Below are positions 54,645 to 64,000 of a stretch of DNA of 64,000 bases, in pieces (within the stretch, counting starts at the first letter, position 1; each line of letters starts with the position of its first letter). The stretch is from an uncultured Bacteroidales bacterium. Its GTDB lineage: Bacteria; Bacteroidota; Bacteroidia; Bacteroidales; VadinHA17. The stretch is from assembly GCA_963732435.1 (NCBI GenBank), contig CAVSZL010000008.1:164963-228962 (forward strand). Reading direction: 5' to 3'. The notes below the pieces were generated by a model. It was not told the origin of the DNA, ran no database searches, and was given only the letters and a program-made list of their open reading frames with translations. Both the position numbers and the translations under genes were made by a program.

Positions 54645-57182
54645 ATGAACCTGTCGTATAAATCAGAAGATCTTAAAGGCCTGTCACAGAAAGAAGCCTC
54701 TGAAATACTTAAAAATGAAGGATATAATGAACTGCCCTCTTCAAAGCCAAAAAGCATCTTTAAAATCGCCTTTGGTGTAGTAAAAGAGCCTATGTTCCTT
54801 CTGTTAGTTGCTTGTGGAACCTTGTACCTGACACTTGGTGACATCCAGGAAGGATTAATGCTCCTCAGCTTCGTATTTGTTGTTATGGGGATAGAATTTT
54901 ATCAGGAGAAAAAAACAGAAAAAGCTCTGGATGCGTTAAAAGACCTTGCAAGTCCAAGGGCGCTTGTAATCCGTGATGGAGAAACAATCAGAATATCCGG
55001 GAAAGAAGTTGTTAAGGGAGATATTGTAGTATTGCAGGAAGGAGACAGAGTCCCTGCTGATGCACTGGTTCTTAAGAATAACAATTTACTGTCTGATGAG
55101 TCTCTGTTAACAGGAGAATCTGTACCTGTGAGAAAAAGAGAATGGATAGAAAATGATAGTATTTTCTCTCCCGGAGGCGAAGAGATACCTGTTGTTTTTT
55201 CAGGTTCAATGATTGTTCAGGGAAATGGGATGGTAAAGGTTTATGCCACAGCATTAGGTACTGAAATCGGGAAAATAGGCAAAGCACTCGAATCAGTTAA
55301 AGAGGAACCCACCCAGCTAAAAAGAGAAATGGGTACCTTAGTGAAAAGGCTTGCCATTATTGGAATTCTATTATGTATACTGGTAGTAATAATTTATACT
55401 ATTACCAGAGGTGATTTATTAAAAGGATTTTTGGCTGGAATAACCCTGGCAATGGCTATGTTACCGGAAGAATTTCCTGTGGTATTAACCATTTTCCTTG
55501 CTCTTGGAGCATGGAGAATATCGAAAAAATCAGTTTTAACCAGGAAACCTTCGGCAATCGAGACACTAGGTTCTGCAACAGTTCTGTGTACTGATAAAAC
55601 AGGCACATTGACCCAGAATAAAATGACTGTTACCCGACTCTTTAACGGAACTGATTTTAATGACATAGTCTCAGGAGATAACTTCCCTGAACCATTCCAC
55701 GAAATTATCGAATATGGTATTTTGTCAAGTCAGGTTAATCCTTTTGACCCAATGGAGAAGGCTATCATAAATATCGGAGACCAGTTTCTGAAGAATTCAG
55801 AACATATCCATACTGATTGGGTAATGGAAAAAGAATATCCGTTGTCTAAGGACCTGCTGGCCATGTCGAGGGTTTTTTCAAATTCTGCGACTAAAGAACT
55901 GGTAATTGCAGTAAAAGGAAGCCCAGAAGCAATCTTTGATCTTTGCCACCTGAATAGTGAAAGAGTTGCTTGTTATGAAAAAGCAGTGGCCCGGATGGCC
56001 TCTGACGGATTACGCATATTAGGGGTGGCCAGAGCAAATTTAATTTCTGTGGAACTGCCACCAATTCAACACGATTTTGATCTTGAATTTGTAGGGTTGA
56101 TAGGGTTGTCTGATCCAATTAGGAAAAATGTGCCTGATGCTATAACTGAATGTTATAAAGCGGGTATACGGGTAATCATGATTACAGGCGATTACCCCGT
56201 TACGGCAACCAACATTGGAAAGGAGATCGGAATCACAAACCCGGAACTCTGCATAACTGGTTCTGAGCTGAAAGCTATGACTGAGGATGAACTTTGTGAA
56301 CGTATTAAAACAATAAATATTTTCGCCCGGGTGGTTCCAGAACAGAAACTTAAAATTGTGAATGCTCTTAAAAAAAACCGTGAAATAGTTGCAATGACGG
56401 GAGATGGAATTAATGATGCTCCGGCATTAAAAGCTTCGCACATTGGAATCGCTATGGGAGAAAAGGGTACCGATGTCGCAAGGGAGGCATCTTCCCTGGT
56501 ATTAATGGACGATAACTTTTCTTCCATTGTAGGGGCTATTAAAATGGGGAGAAAAATATTCGATAACCTTCAAAAAGCGTTAGGTTATATTTTTGCCATA
56601 CACGTTCCAATTGCCGGATTATCTTTGATACCTGTTCTGTTCGCTGACTTACCATTAATTCTGTGGCCAGTTCATATTGTTTTCCTTGAATTAATCATTG
56701 ATCCGGCCTGTACAATGATTTTCGAAGCAGAAAAAGAGGAGAAAAATGTGATGTCAAGGCCTCCAAAAGATATTAATGAACCATTCTTTGGCGCAAAAAA
56801 AATCTTACTAAGTTGTACTCAGGGTATCGGAATCTTAATGATCTGTTTATTTATATATTTTATTGGTCTTAAAATGGGATATTCCGAAAAAAGTGTCAGG
56901 ACATTTACTTTTGTAACATTAATTATCTCAAATATTGCTGTTATTCTCTCAAACCGCTCCTGGACATCAGGTATTTTTAATATTCTTTCTACTCCAAATA
57001 AAGCCGTTACCTGGATTGTTAGTGGTGCAGTCATCTTCCTCATATTGATTTTGAACATACCATTTCTTCTTGACCTGTTTCAGTTTGAAAAAATCGGGTA
57101 TTTGGAATTTCTGGTATGTACTTTAGCAGGTCTCTTTAGCATCACATGGTTCGAGATCTATAAAAAAGTGAAGAATGCCTAA
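54645..57182 (+). CDS. Cation-translocating P-type ATPase (P2-type, Ca2+-ATPase-like)
   Basis: DKTGTLTQNKM phosphorylation site, TGES, MITGD, TGDGINDAPALK, and N-terminal Cation_ATPase_N-like LSQKEASEILKNEGYNELP. The TM4 motif is LPEEFPVV. Confidence 0.92.
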   Translation: MNLSYKSEDLKGLSQKEASEILKNEGYNELPSSKPKSIFKIAFGVVKEPMFLLLVACGTLYLTLGDIQEGLMLLSFVFVVMGIEFYQEKKTEKALDALKDLASPRALVIRDGETIRISGKEVVKGDIVVLQEGDRVPADALVLKNNNLLSDESLLTGESVPVRKREWIENDSIFSPGGEEIPVVFSGSMIVQGNGMVKVYATALGTEIGKIGKALESVKEEPTQLKREMGTLVKRLAIIGILLCILVVIIYTITRGDLLKGFLAGITLAMAMLPEEFPVVLTIFLALGAWRISKKSVLTRKPSAIETLGSATVLCTDKTGTLTQNKMTVTRLFNGTDFNDIVSGDNFPEPFHEIIEYGILSSQVNPFDPMEKAIINIGDQFLKNSEHIHTDWVMEKEYPLSKDLLAMSRVFSNSATKELVIAVKGSPEAIFDLCHLNSERVACYEKAVARMASDGLRILGVARANLISVELPPIQHDFDLEFVGLIGLSDPIRKNVPDAITECYKAGIRVIMITGDYPVTATNIGKEIGITNPELCITGSELKAMTEDELCERIKTINIFARVVPEQKLKIVNALKKNREIVAMTGDGINDAPALKASHIGIAMGEKGTDVAREASSLVLMDDNFSSIVGAIKMGRKIFDNLQKALGYIFAIHVPIAGLSLIPVLFADLPLILWPVHIVFLELIIDPACTMIFEAEKEEKNVMSRPPKDINEPFFGAKKILLSCTQGIGILMICLFIYFIGLKMGYSEKSVRTFTFVTLIISNIAVILSNRSWTSGIFNILSTPNKAVTWIVSGAVIFLILILNIPFLLDLFQFEKIGYLEFLVCTLAGLFSITWFEIYKKVKNA

Positions 57183-57303
57183 AAATTAAAAAAGTTATAT
57201 ATGATTAAAGTTGCAGTTTGACTTAATTCTGAATTATATGGTAAAATTATATTTAACCAGACTTTAACAAAAGTATTAATCTCATAAATTTAAAAAAAGC
57301 AAT

Positions 57304-58554
57304 ATGAAATCAATTTACCCAAAATTAATTTTATCAGTATTATTCTTTACAGCTTCTTTGACGATTGGTTACTGTCAGCTTTATGAATGGCGCGGACCTG
57401 ACCGAAGCGGCATTTATAATGAATCCGGATTACTTAAAAAGTGGCCGGAGAGTGGGCCGGCTCTTTTATGGGAATCTGAAAATATGGGTGATGGTTATTC
57501 TTCACCAACTGTTACTCATGATGCTGTTTATGTTACCGGAAGAAAAGACAGTTCAGATGTTCTTACCTCACTTACACTTGACGGAAAAGTAAAATGGCAG
57601 ACAGTGTATGGAAAAGCCTGGCTGGCAAATCATACAGGATCGAGATGTATTCCTACATACTACAACGGAAATATTTTCCTCATAAGCGGGAGCGGGGATA
57701 TTGTCTGTGTTGGTTCGGACGGGAAGATAAAATGGTCAAAAAATCATTACAGATTATATGAAAGCAAACCGATCATGTTCGGAATATCTGAATCTCCTCT
57801 TGTAGTCAATAATATGGTTATTGCATCACCCGGAGGGAAGAAAGCATCGATGGTTGCTTTTAATATAAGTGATGGTAAAGTTATCTGGGAAGCAGAACCT
57901 CTCGGACAGGAACCGCAATATGTGAATCCCAAACTCATTGAATATGCCGGTAAAAAGATGATTGTTAATGTAATGGGCACCTATATTTTTGCCGTGGATT
58001 CAAAAGACGGTAAGGTACTATGGAAGGTGAATTACCCCGAGATTAATGCTGCCACAGGGAGGGTTATGAAAAATCATGCAACCACACCAATATACCGTGA
58101 CGGAAATATTCTTATTGTAAACGGGTACAACTGGGTTGCATTGAAGCTTAAGCTTTCTCCAGACGGAAATTCAGTTGAAATTGTCTGGGAAAACAGAAAT
58201 TTTGATTCACAACTCGGTGGAGTTGTCCTTCTGGGAAATAATATTTATGGAACAACTCATATGTCAAATCCGGTTGACATGTGGACCTGTGTCGACTGGA
58301 CAACAGGTAAAACACTGTGGACAACAAAATGGTATTCAAGAGGATCAGTTATTTCTGCCGATGGTATGCTTTACTTTTTTGAAGAAAAGTCTGGTCATGT
58401 TGCACTGGTAAAGCCTGATGCTACAAAACTTGATATAGTTAGTGAGTTTCAGGTAACTAAGGGAAAAGGTCCCTTCTGGGCTCATCCTGTGATAAGCAGC
58501 GGGAAACTATATATAAGGCATGGTGATGTATTAATGGCCTATAAGATAAAATAA
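57304..58554 (+). CDS. Secreted PQQ-like beta-propeller repeat protein
   Basis: Signal peptide. Repeated G.v.W blades (DGKVKWQT, DGKIKWSK, DGKVIWEA, DGKVLWKV, GKTLWTT), as in BamB/PQQ-repeat propellers. Confidence 0.75.
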   Translation: MKSIYPKLILSVLFFTASLTIGYCQLYEWRGPDRSGIYNESGLLKKWPESGPALLWESENMGDGYSSPTVTHDAVYVTGRKDSSDVLTSLTLDGKVKWQTVYGKAWLANHTGSRCIPTYYNGNIFLISGSGDIVCVGSDGKIKWSKNHYRLYESKPIMFGISESPLVVNNMVIASPGGKKASMVAFNISDGKVIWEAEPLGQEPQYVNPKLIEYAGKKMIVNVMGTYIFAVDSKDGKVLWKVNYPEINAATGRVMKNHATTPIYRDGNILIVNGYNWVALKLKLSPDGNSVEIVWENRNFDSQLGGVVLLGNNIYGTTHMSNPVDMWTCVDWTTGKTLWTTKWYSRGSVISADGMLYFFEEKSGHVALVKPDATKLDIVSEFQVTKGKGPFWAHPVISSGKLYIRHGDVLMAYKIK

Positions 58555-58571
58555 ATACTGCAAAATATAAT

Positions 58572-59378
58572 ATGAAATTCACCAGAGATATTATTCAAAA
58601 ATGGTCAATAGCACTAAGGATTTTTCCCTTAGTTCTTGTAGTAGGGATATTGAAGTTTATTACACATAGGTTTGGATTGGAGGTTTTGGAACTAAACGCC
58701 TTGTTCACAAGTTTGGTAGCGGGTACAATTTTTCTTATTGGATTTCTTATTAGTGGTGTACTAGCTGATTATAAGGAAAGTGAAAAAATACCAGGAGACC
58801 TTGCCGGATCATTAAGAAACTTATTTGATGATACTTACACAATTTATAAAGGAAAAAACTCTGAAGCAGCAAAACAACTCATTGATTATCAGAAGATCCT
58901 AATCACTTCGCTGAAAGACTGGTTTTACAGAAAAGAAAGAACCCAATCGATTCTTAAAAAGATTAGTCAAATGAATGATTTTTTTATTGAACTCGATAAA
59001 GAAGGGATACAAGCGAATTACATTATAAAAATGAAGAATGAACAAAATTACATAAGAAAATTAATATTAAGGATTGATACAATCAGGGATACGGAGTTTG
59101 TTGGTTCAGCCTACGCAATTGTCGAGGCGATGGGATTCTTAACAGTATTTGGTCTTCTGATTATTAAAATTGAGCCATTTTATGCCTCTTTATTTCTTAC
59201 AGTATTAATATCCTTCTTAATTTCTTATATGTTTTTGCTAATCAAAGATCTTGATAATCCTTTCGATTTTTCTGTCAAAGGAGAAACCGGAACAGAAATA
59301 TCATTAAGACCAATTCATGATATTGAATCTATATTTCATGACTCAGAAGAAGGTTTTTACACGAAAAATTATGGATGA
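58572..59378 (+). CDS. Membrane protein, distantly bestrophin/DUF4239-like (tentative)
   Basis: Two N-terminal TMs, a soluble helical middle, and two C-terminal TMs ending in IKDLDNPFDF. This recalls the ...PFG motif region of bacterial bestrophin-type channels. Confidence 0.4.
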   Translation: MKFTRDIIQKWSIALRIFPLVLVVGILKFITHRFGLEVLELNALFTSLVAGTIFLIGFLISGVLADYKESEKIPGDLAGSLRNLFDDTYTIYKGKNSEAAKQLIDYQKILITSLKDWFYRKERTQSILKKISQMNDFFIELDKEGIQANYIIKMKNEQNYIRKLILRIDTIRDTEFVGSAYAIVEAMGFLTVFGLLIIKIEPFYASLFLTVLISFLISYMFLLIKDLDNPFDFSVKGETGTEISLRPIHDIESIFHDSEEGFYTKNYG

Positions 59379-59619
59379 CCAATGTGATCCATCGGGATTT
59401 AATGAATACAGGATAATAAATTGACCTTGTTTATACATCATTCAACAATGATTGTAATTTGTACAAATTTAAGATAATATTGTGATGATAAACATTTTAC
59501 GAGGTTATATGAATGACCAGAATTATGATAAATAAAATTAAAATATCATCATATAGCAAAATCAAAAATGCAGAATATCTCAGCTTGGAATAGCAAACTA
59601 AATCTAAAATTTTCTGAAC

Positions 59620-60912
59620 ATGAAAAAAAAAGCACTAATCATTTTGAAATTTTGCCTGTTGCTTTTAATTCTGTCTGAAACAGGATTAAGCCAGACAGAT
59701 AAAATTATTGCCGATACAGTAAGACGAACTGCTGTAAAGATATTTTTAGATTGTCAGGATTGCGATATGAATTATATCAGGCAGGAGATTCCCTATATAA
59801 ACTATGTCCGCGATGTTCGTGAATCGCAGGTTTATATACTTGAAACCAATCAGAATGCCGGAAGCGGAGGAGATCAATTTACTTTCATATTTCAGGGACA
59901 GGGCGAATTTGCCGGGATGAATGATACTCTGACATATACAAGCAGCCCTGACCATACAAGTACTATTATTAGGGAAAAGAGAACCAGAGTACTAAAAATG
60001 GGTCTGATGCGATTTGTTGCCAAAACTCCGCTAATAGATGAGATTGAAATTAATCATAATGCTGAGCTTGAACAGGGTGAGGTTGTCGACAGATGGAATA
60101 ATTGGGTTTTTGAGATATCCACCGAACCTCAATATCAGTCTGAGGAGGCAAATAAGCGATTGGAGCTTAGAAATTCAATCAATATTTCAAAGGTCACACC
60201 AGATATAAAACTGGAAGTTGAGATGGATCAGTTTTATAATGAGGAACAGTTCATTGAAAATGCAGATAGTGATACTGCCAGCTCGAATACTTATATAACA
60301 AGTGAGAAAATAATGAATATGCTTTTTGTGAAAAGTCTAGGTGATCACTGGTCAGCAGGGTTGAAGGCGGAATTTGGCTCATCCACCAGGGAGAATTATG
60401 ATTTCAAATCCGTAATATTACCATCCGTTGAATATGATATATTTCCTTACTCAGAATCGACTCACAGGCAATTAAGAATTTTATATAGTGTAGGTTATCA
60501 GTATAATAAATATATTGATACAACAATTTATAATAAAGTAAGTGAGAGTTTGTATTTGCAGATGTTAAATATAGCATTCCAGATACAAAAGAAATGGGGA
60601 TCTATTAATATGGCATTGGCAGGTTCAAATTACTTCAACGATTTCTCAAAGAACAGAATTGTACTGAACTCATCAATAAATATCCGGATATTTAAAGGCC
60701 TGTCACTGCAGATAAACGGAGGAGTAGCATATATAAATGATCAGTTGAATCTTAAAAAGGGAGGAATTTCTGAGGCTGAAAGATTGCTGCAATTAAGAGA
60801 GCTGGCAACAAATTATCGTATTGAAGGAGGAATACAGATAACTTATACTTTTGGTTCAATTTATAACAATGTTGTCAATCCCAGATTTAGCTCCAGTCAC
60901 TTTCATTTTTGA
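59620..60912 (+). CDS. Putative outer membrane beta-barrel protein
   Basis: Signal peptide. The C-terminal half has alternating beta-strand pattern, and the terminal residue is Phe (...SSHFHF). Confidence 0.5.
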   Translation: MKKKALIILKFCLLLLILSETGLSQTDKIIADTVRRTAVKIFLDCQDCDMNYIRQEIPYINYVRDVRESQVYILETNQNAGSGGDQFTFIFQGQGEFAGMNDTLTYTSSPDHTSTIIREKRTRVLKMGLMRFVAKTPLIDEIEINHNAELEQGEVVDRWNNWVFEISTEPQYQSEEANKRLELRNSINISKVTPDIKLEVEMDQFYNEEQFIENADSDTASSNTYITSEKIMNMLFVKSLGDHWSAGLKAEFGSSTRENYDFKSVILPSVEYDIFPYSESTHRQLRILYSVGYQYNKYIDTTIYNKVSESLYLQMLNIAFQIQKKWGSINMALAGSNYFNDFSKNRIVLNSSINIRIFKGLSLQINGGVAYINDQLNLKKGGISEAERLLQLRELATNYRIEGGIQITYTFGSIYNNVVNPRFSSSHFHF

Positions 60913-61258
60913 AGTTATTATGTAATTGATATCCTGGGTTTTATTTTATTCAAGGTTATATTTCAGGCAATTTACCCAAGGACTGATATGTAAAATAGTT
61001 ACAAGAGGTACGTAATTGAAGATACCTGTTGGTTTTCGATAGAATTCGACTTTCATATGAGACCTACTTATACTGATTATGAGAAGCAACAACTTACTGA
61101 AATATTTGGCTGTTTCCCACTTCAGGATATTTGTTGTAAATTCCCTGAAATATATTTAATTTGGATTCAATAGTGAAAGGATAATAAAGCGGATATGCTT
61201 TGATGATATTAATTATCCTGAACTTAAAATCTTAATTTATATTTATTAATAAAAAAAA

Positions 61259-61915
61259 ATGTTAAAAACACGTAAAGACATATTATTTACAATTTTAGCA
61301 GGTTTTTTTATTACCAATGCCATAGTTGGCGAAATGATTGGGGGCAAGCTTATACAAATTGGCATGTTTACCCTTAGTGTAGGGATTATTCCATGGCCCA
61401 TTGTGTTTTTAACCACCGATTTAATTAATGAATACTATGGAAAAGCTGCTGTGAGAAGTTTGACATTTTTAACTGCAGCGCTTATTGTTTATGCTTTTAT
61501 TTTAATCTTAGCCGCCATGTATTTACCGGCAGCATCCGTTTCACCCGTTAACAATATCGCGTTTTATTCAGTTTTCGGGCAAAGTTTATGGATAATTGCC
61601 GGAAGTATCACAGCTTTTTTAACATCCCAGTTAATTGATGTTATTGTTTTCTTATACATTAAAAGCAAAACCGGGGAAAAAATGCTATGGTTAAGGGCTA
61701 CCGGCTCAACAGTTATTTCGCAGTTAATTGATACTTTTATTGTTTCGGGCATTGCTTTTTGGTTACCCGGAAAACTTACTTTTATTGAGTATATTAACAC
61801 TGCCGGTACCGGATATATAGCTAAATTAATTATCGCATTAGCACTAACCCCCTTAATATATGCAGGGCATTATGCTATTGATTGTTATTTAAAATCCGAG
61901 AAAGTAACTGGCTAG
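61259..61915 (+). CDS. yhhQ: Queuosine-precursor transporter (YhhQ/DUF165, VUT family)
   Basis: PWPIVFLTTDLINEYYGK and VISQLIDTFIV motifs. 6-TM pattern, 218 aa. Confidence 0.85.
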   Translation: MLKTRKDILFTILAGFFITNAIVGEMIGGKLIQIGMFTLSVGIIPWPIVFLTTDLINEYYGKAAVRSLTFLTAALIVYAFILILAAMYLPAASVSPVNNIAFYSVFGQSLWIIAGSITAFLTSQLIDVIVFLYIKSKTGEKMLWLRATGSTVISQLIDTFIVSGIAFWLPGKLTFIEYINTAGTGYIAKLIIALALTPLIYAGHYAIDCYLKSEKVTG

Positions 61916-62071
61916 CATGAGGATGTACCTTGATTGGAAATAGCCGATAATCTCTTACTGGTCATTCCACTAAATCCTGGAGGTCACTGATTGTTGTCCA
62001 GGCAATGTTTCAGAAGGATATACAATAAAAAAGTGCAGGAATTTTTTTCTGAGCCTTTAATTAATAAGAAT

Positions 62072-62099
62072 GAGTGTGCTCGCTCTCACTCTCACACTC
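62072..62099 (-). terminator. Weak stem-loop downstream of the tRNA within a CT-rich low-complexity tract
   Basis: On the minus strand it reads GAGTGTG-14 nt-CACACTC followed by ATTCTTATT. Confidence 0.3.
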
Positions 62100-62111
62100 G
62101 CTCTGTTTTTG

Positions 62112-62183
62112 TAGCCCCACCAGGAATCGAACCTGAATCTAAGGTTTAGGAAACCTCCATTCTATCCATTGAACTATGGGGCC
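62112..62183 (-). tRNA. tRNA-Arg (anticodon CCT)
   Basis: The minus strand reads GGCCCCA-TA-GTTC-AATGGATA-GAAT-G-GAGGT-TTCCTAA-ACCTT-AGAT-TCAGG-TTCGATT-CCTGG-TGGGGCT-A. All four stems pair with a few G-U pairs. Has a GTTCGATT T-loop. No encoded CCA. Confidence 0.9.
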
Positions 62184-62248
62184 ATATCCCTCATTATCTT
62201 CAGTAAACATCCAGTCCTTTTTCCCCGAAGCGTCCTGGGGAATATGGA

Positions 62249-62267
62249 TATCCATTGAATTATAGGG
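62249..62267 (-). pseudogene. Fragment duplicating the 5' part (acceptor/D-arm) of the adjacent tRNA
   Basis: TATCCATTGAATTATAGGG versus TATCCATTGAACTATGGGG in the tRNA (62163..62181), 17 of 19 identical. Similarity ends after the D-loop. Confidence 0.4.
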
Positions 62268-62453
62268 TGTGTTACGAGCCGCAAAAATAGCTCATTTTTT
62301 TCTTCTTTTCAAATTGCAGAAGAAGTTGTCATTTTTATTCCTTTTCCAGCCCTGAAAATATAAAAAAGACACAAAAATATTTGATTTATAAAAATAATTT
62401 GTATGTTTGACCTAGCAAAACGATAGGACAAGTAGGACATAATATAAAGTTAG

Positions 62454-63035
62454 ATGAAAAAATTATTAAAGAGTTTGATCTTATTATTTTTTACAATACT
62501 CACTTTTACTCTTTACGGGCAATCATTTTCTCTTTCCGATAAAGAAAGTAAAATGCATGTAAAGGGAACATCATCTTTACACGATTGGGTAATGGAAATG
62601 GTGAGCATGAATTGTAATGTTAATCTAATTTTGGAAGGATCCCGGTTGAAAGATATCGGGGAGATCAAATTTTCCGGAAAGACAAAAGAATTAAAAAGCG
62701 AAAGTAACCTGATGGACAAGAAAGCTTATTCTGCTTTGAGGTCTGATAAATACCCGGAAATAAAATTCATTAAAACTTCTCTTACCGGTTTAATATCTGA
62801 TAATAATAAATTCAGCGGAAAACTAGAAGGGGATCTATCTGTTGCAGGTGAGACAAGAAGGGTAAACTTCCCATTCAGTGGTACAATGAGGAGTAACAGA
62901 ACAATAGATATTAATGGAGAAATCGAGCTTAAAATGAGTCAGTTTAAAATTGATCCACCAACTGCCATGCTTGGTACACTTAAGACAGGAGATGCTATTT
63001 CAGTGTCATTTTCTGTCCTCCTGGTGCCGGAATAG
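62454..63035 (+). CDS. YceI-family (polyisoprenoid-binding-like) periplasmic protein
   Basis: Signal peptide, GTSSLHDW motif, DKYPEIKF, and LEGDLSVAGETRRV, which are typical YceI-like blocks. Confidence 0.8.
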   Translation: MKKLLKSLILLFFTILTFTLYGQSFSLSDKESKMHVKGTSSLHDWVMEMVSMNCNVNLILEGSRLKDIGEIKFSGKTKELKSESNLMDKKAYSALRSDKYPEIKFIKTSLTGLISDNNKFSGKLEGDLSVAGETRRVNFPFSGTMRSNRTIDINGEIELKMSQFKIDPPTAMLGTLKTGDAISVSFSVLLVPE

Positions 63036-63117
63036 CGATTAAACAGATAAGATATAATTGAAGCAATACAATTAGTTAAAATAATTTTTCAGATCATAAA
63101 TTACTAAACCAGAAATC

Positions 63118-63999
63118 ATGAAAAAAGGAATATCAATTTTAATAGCACTTGTTTTATCCGCAGGAGTTTACGGACAGCAATTTGAGGAATCAATCGGGAA
63201 TGACGACAAACCTGATAAGGTAAAGGTAAAAGTCGGAGCTGATTTTGCCATGCAGTATCAGGGACTTGAGCACCATGCCGACAGTGCTCTTATCCCATTG
63301 GGAAAAGGGATCAATCTGCCAACAGCCAACCTTATTATCGATGCAACACTCGCTGATGGTATTCAGGTTAACCTTACCACATATCTGTCTTCAAGACATC
63401 ATGTTGAAGCCTGGGTTAAGGGAGGATACCTTCTTTTAGACAAACTGCCTTTCATTAAATCGGATTTTGTAACAAAAGCAATGGACTTTCTTACAATCAA
63501 AGCGGGGGTGATGGAAATTAATTATGGTGATGCCCATTTCAGGAGATCAGATAATGGTAATGTGATCAGGAATCCGTTTGTTGGCAATCTTGTAATTGAT
63601 GCCTTTACAACTGCTCCTGCTTTTGAACTATTGTTCCGTTCCAAAGGGATCCTGTTAATGGGTGCAATAACTACCGGTTCACTTAAACCTGCCCTTACCG
63701 GTTATAGTGCAGCAACAAAAACATATACTCCTTATTATATGGGCGAAGAGCTTGCCTACTATGGAAAAGCAGGTTATGACAAACAAATCAGTGATGATTT
63801 CAGGATCAGGGCTACAGTATCTGGTTACTTCTGTGCGAATCACCATTTCGGATCTCTTTATAATGGTGACCGGACTGGTTCCCGATATTATCTTGTTATG
63901 AATCGTGTTAAAAATTCTGCAACCGATGTTGATCCTGCTTCGGGACATATGTCAGGTCAGTGGGGTCCCGGATTAACTGATAAGGATAACTCAGTGATG
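63118..63999 (+). CDS. Putative outer membrane porin-like protein, 3' end outside the window
   Basis: The ATG at 63118 (MKKGISILIALVLSAGVYGQ signal peptide) opens a frame with no stop to the window edge, so it is not in the ORF track. Beta-strand-rich with aromatic girdle residues. Confidence 0.55.
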   Translation, partial: MKKGISILIALVLSAGVYGQQFEESIGNDDKPDKVKVKVGADFAMQYQGLEHHADSALIPLGKGINLPTANLIIDATLADGIQVNLTTYLSSRHHVEAWVKGGYLLLDKLPFIKSDFVTKAMDFLTIKAGVMEINYGDAHFRRSDNGNVIRNPFVGNLVIDAFTTAPAFELLFRSKGILLMGAITTGSLKPALTGYSAATKTYTPYYMGEELAYYGKAGYDKQISDDFRIRATVSGYFCANHHFGSLYNGDRTGSRYYLVMNRVKNSATDVDPASGHMSGQWGPGLTDKDNSVM

Positions 64000-64000
64000 G

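Noticed and set aside
61057-61173. A 38-codon ORF (MRPTYTDYEKQQLTEIFGCFPLQDICCKFPEIYLIWIQ*) in the gap before yhhQ, and a similar-sized ORF on the opposite strand.
   Set aside because: There are no recognisable motifs. Both strands are open in AT-rich DNA by chance at this length, and no promoter-like box is in a sensible position.
61120-61258. A possible preQ1 riboswitch upstream of the yhhQ-type queuosine-precursor transporter. A hairpin TTCAGG-N17-CCTGAA sits near 61130..61160.
   Set aside because: The hairpin loop is too large. The CCC-containing loop and the A-rich ACUAA-type tail characteristic of preQ1-I are not present. I see no convincing match to preQ1-II or preQ1-III features by eye. 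An Infernal/Rfam scan would be needed to revisit this.

Overview
This is a low-GC chromosomal segment that looks like a Bacteroidota genome. Supporting signs are TAnnTTTG-type -7 boxes ahead of several operons, a T9SS C-terminal sorting domain, a DUF2723 giant membrane protein, a decayed FISUMP-type gene and many lipobox or beta-barrel envelope proteins. I count about 60 protein genes, one tRNA (Arg-CCT), no rRNA, no CRISPR array and no transposase, integrase or phage genes.

Housekeeping blocks:
- yceD-rpmF-plsX-fabH.
- A complete F1Fo ATP synthase region. It is preceded by bactofilin, AtpZ and a small membrane protein, interrupted by a polyprenyl diphosphate synthase between atpG and atpD, and followed by a translationally coupled aromatic amino acid decarboxylase.
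- ettA, yidD and yhhQ.

Accessory or poorly understood blocks:
1. A TetR / LolA-like / two FtsX permeases / ABC ATPase / OM barrel / ICMT-like operon. It carries an unusual GC-rich heptamer array inside it and an apparent frameshift in its last gene.
2. A LytTR two-component module with LiaF-like membrane proteins.
3. A divergent pair of a HExxH-propeller giant protein and DUF2723.
4. A receiver protein next to a YfiR-like/coiled-coil/PP2C fusion, followed by two paralogous Cys-rich mini-lipoproteins that flank a 4-TM protein.
5. A DUF1800/DUF1501 pair in which DUF1501 carries both a twin-arginine leader and a T9SS sorting domain.
6. An OSBS/NSAR-type enolase next to an M14 carboxypeptidase.
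7. A membrane-anchored protein with a GrpE-like C-terminus next to an orphan DUF1987 (SiaC-like) gene.
8. A P-type ATPase / PQQ-propeller / bestrophin-like / OM barrel run.

All calls come from reading the translated ORFs and the raw sequence. No database search was run, so family names are recognitions of motifs and not measured hits.
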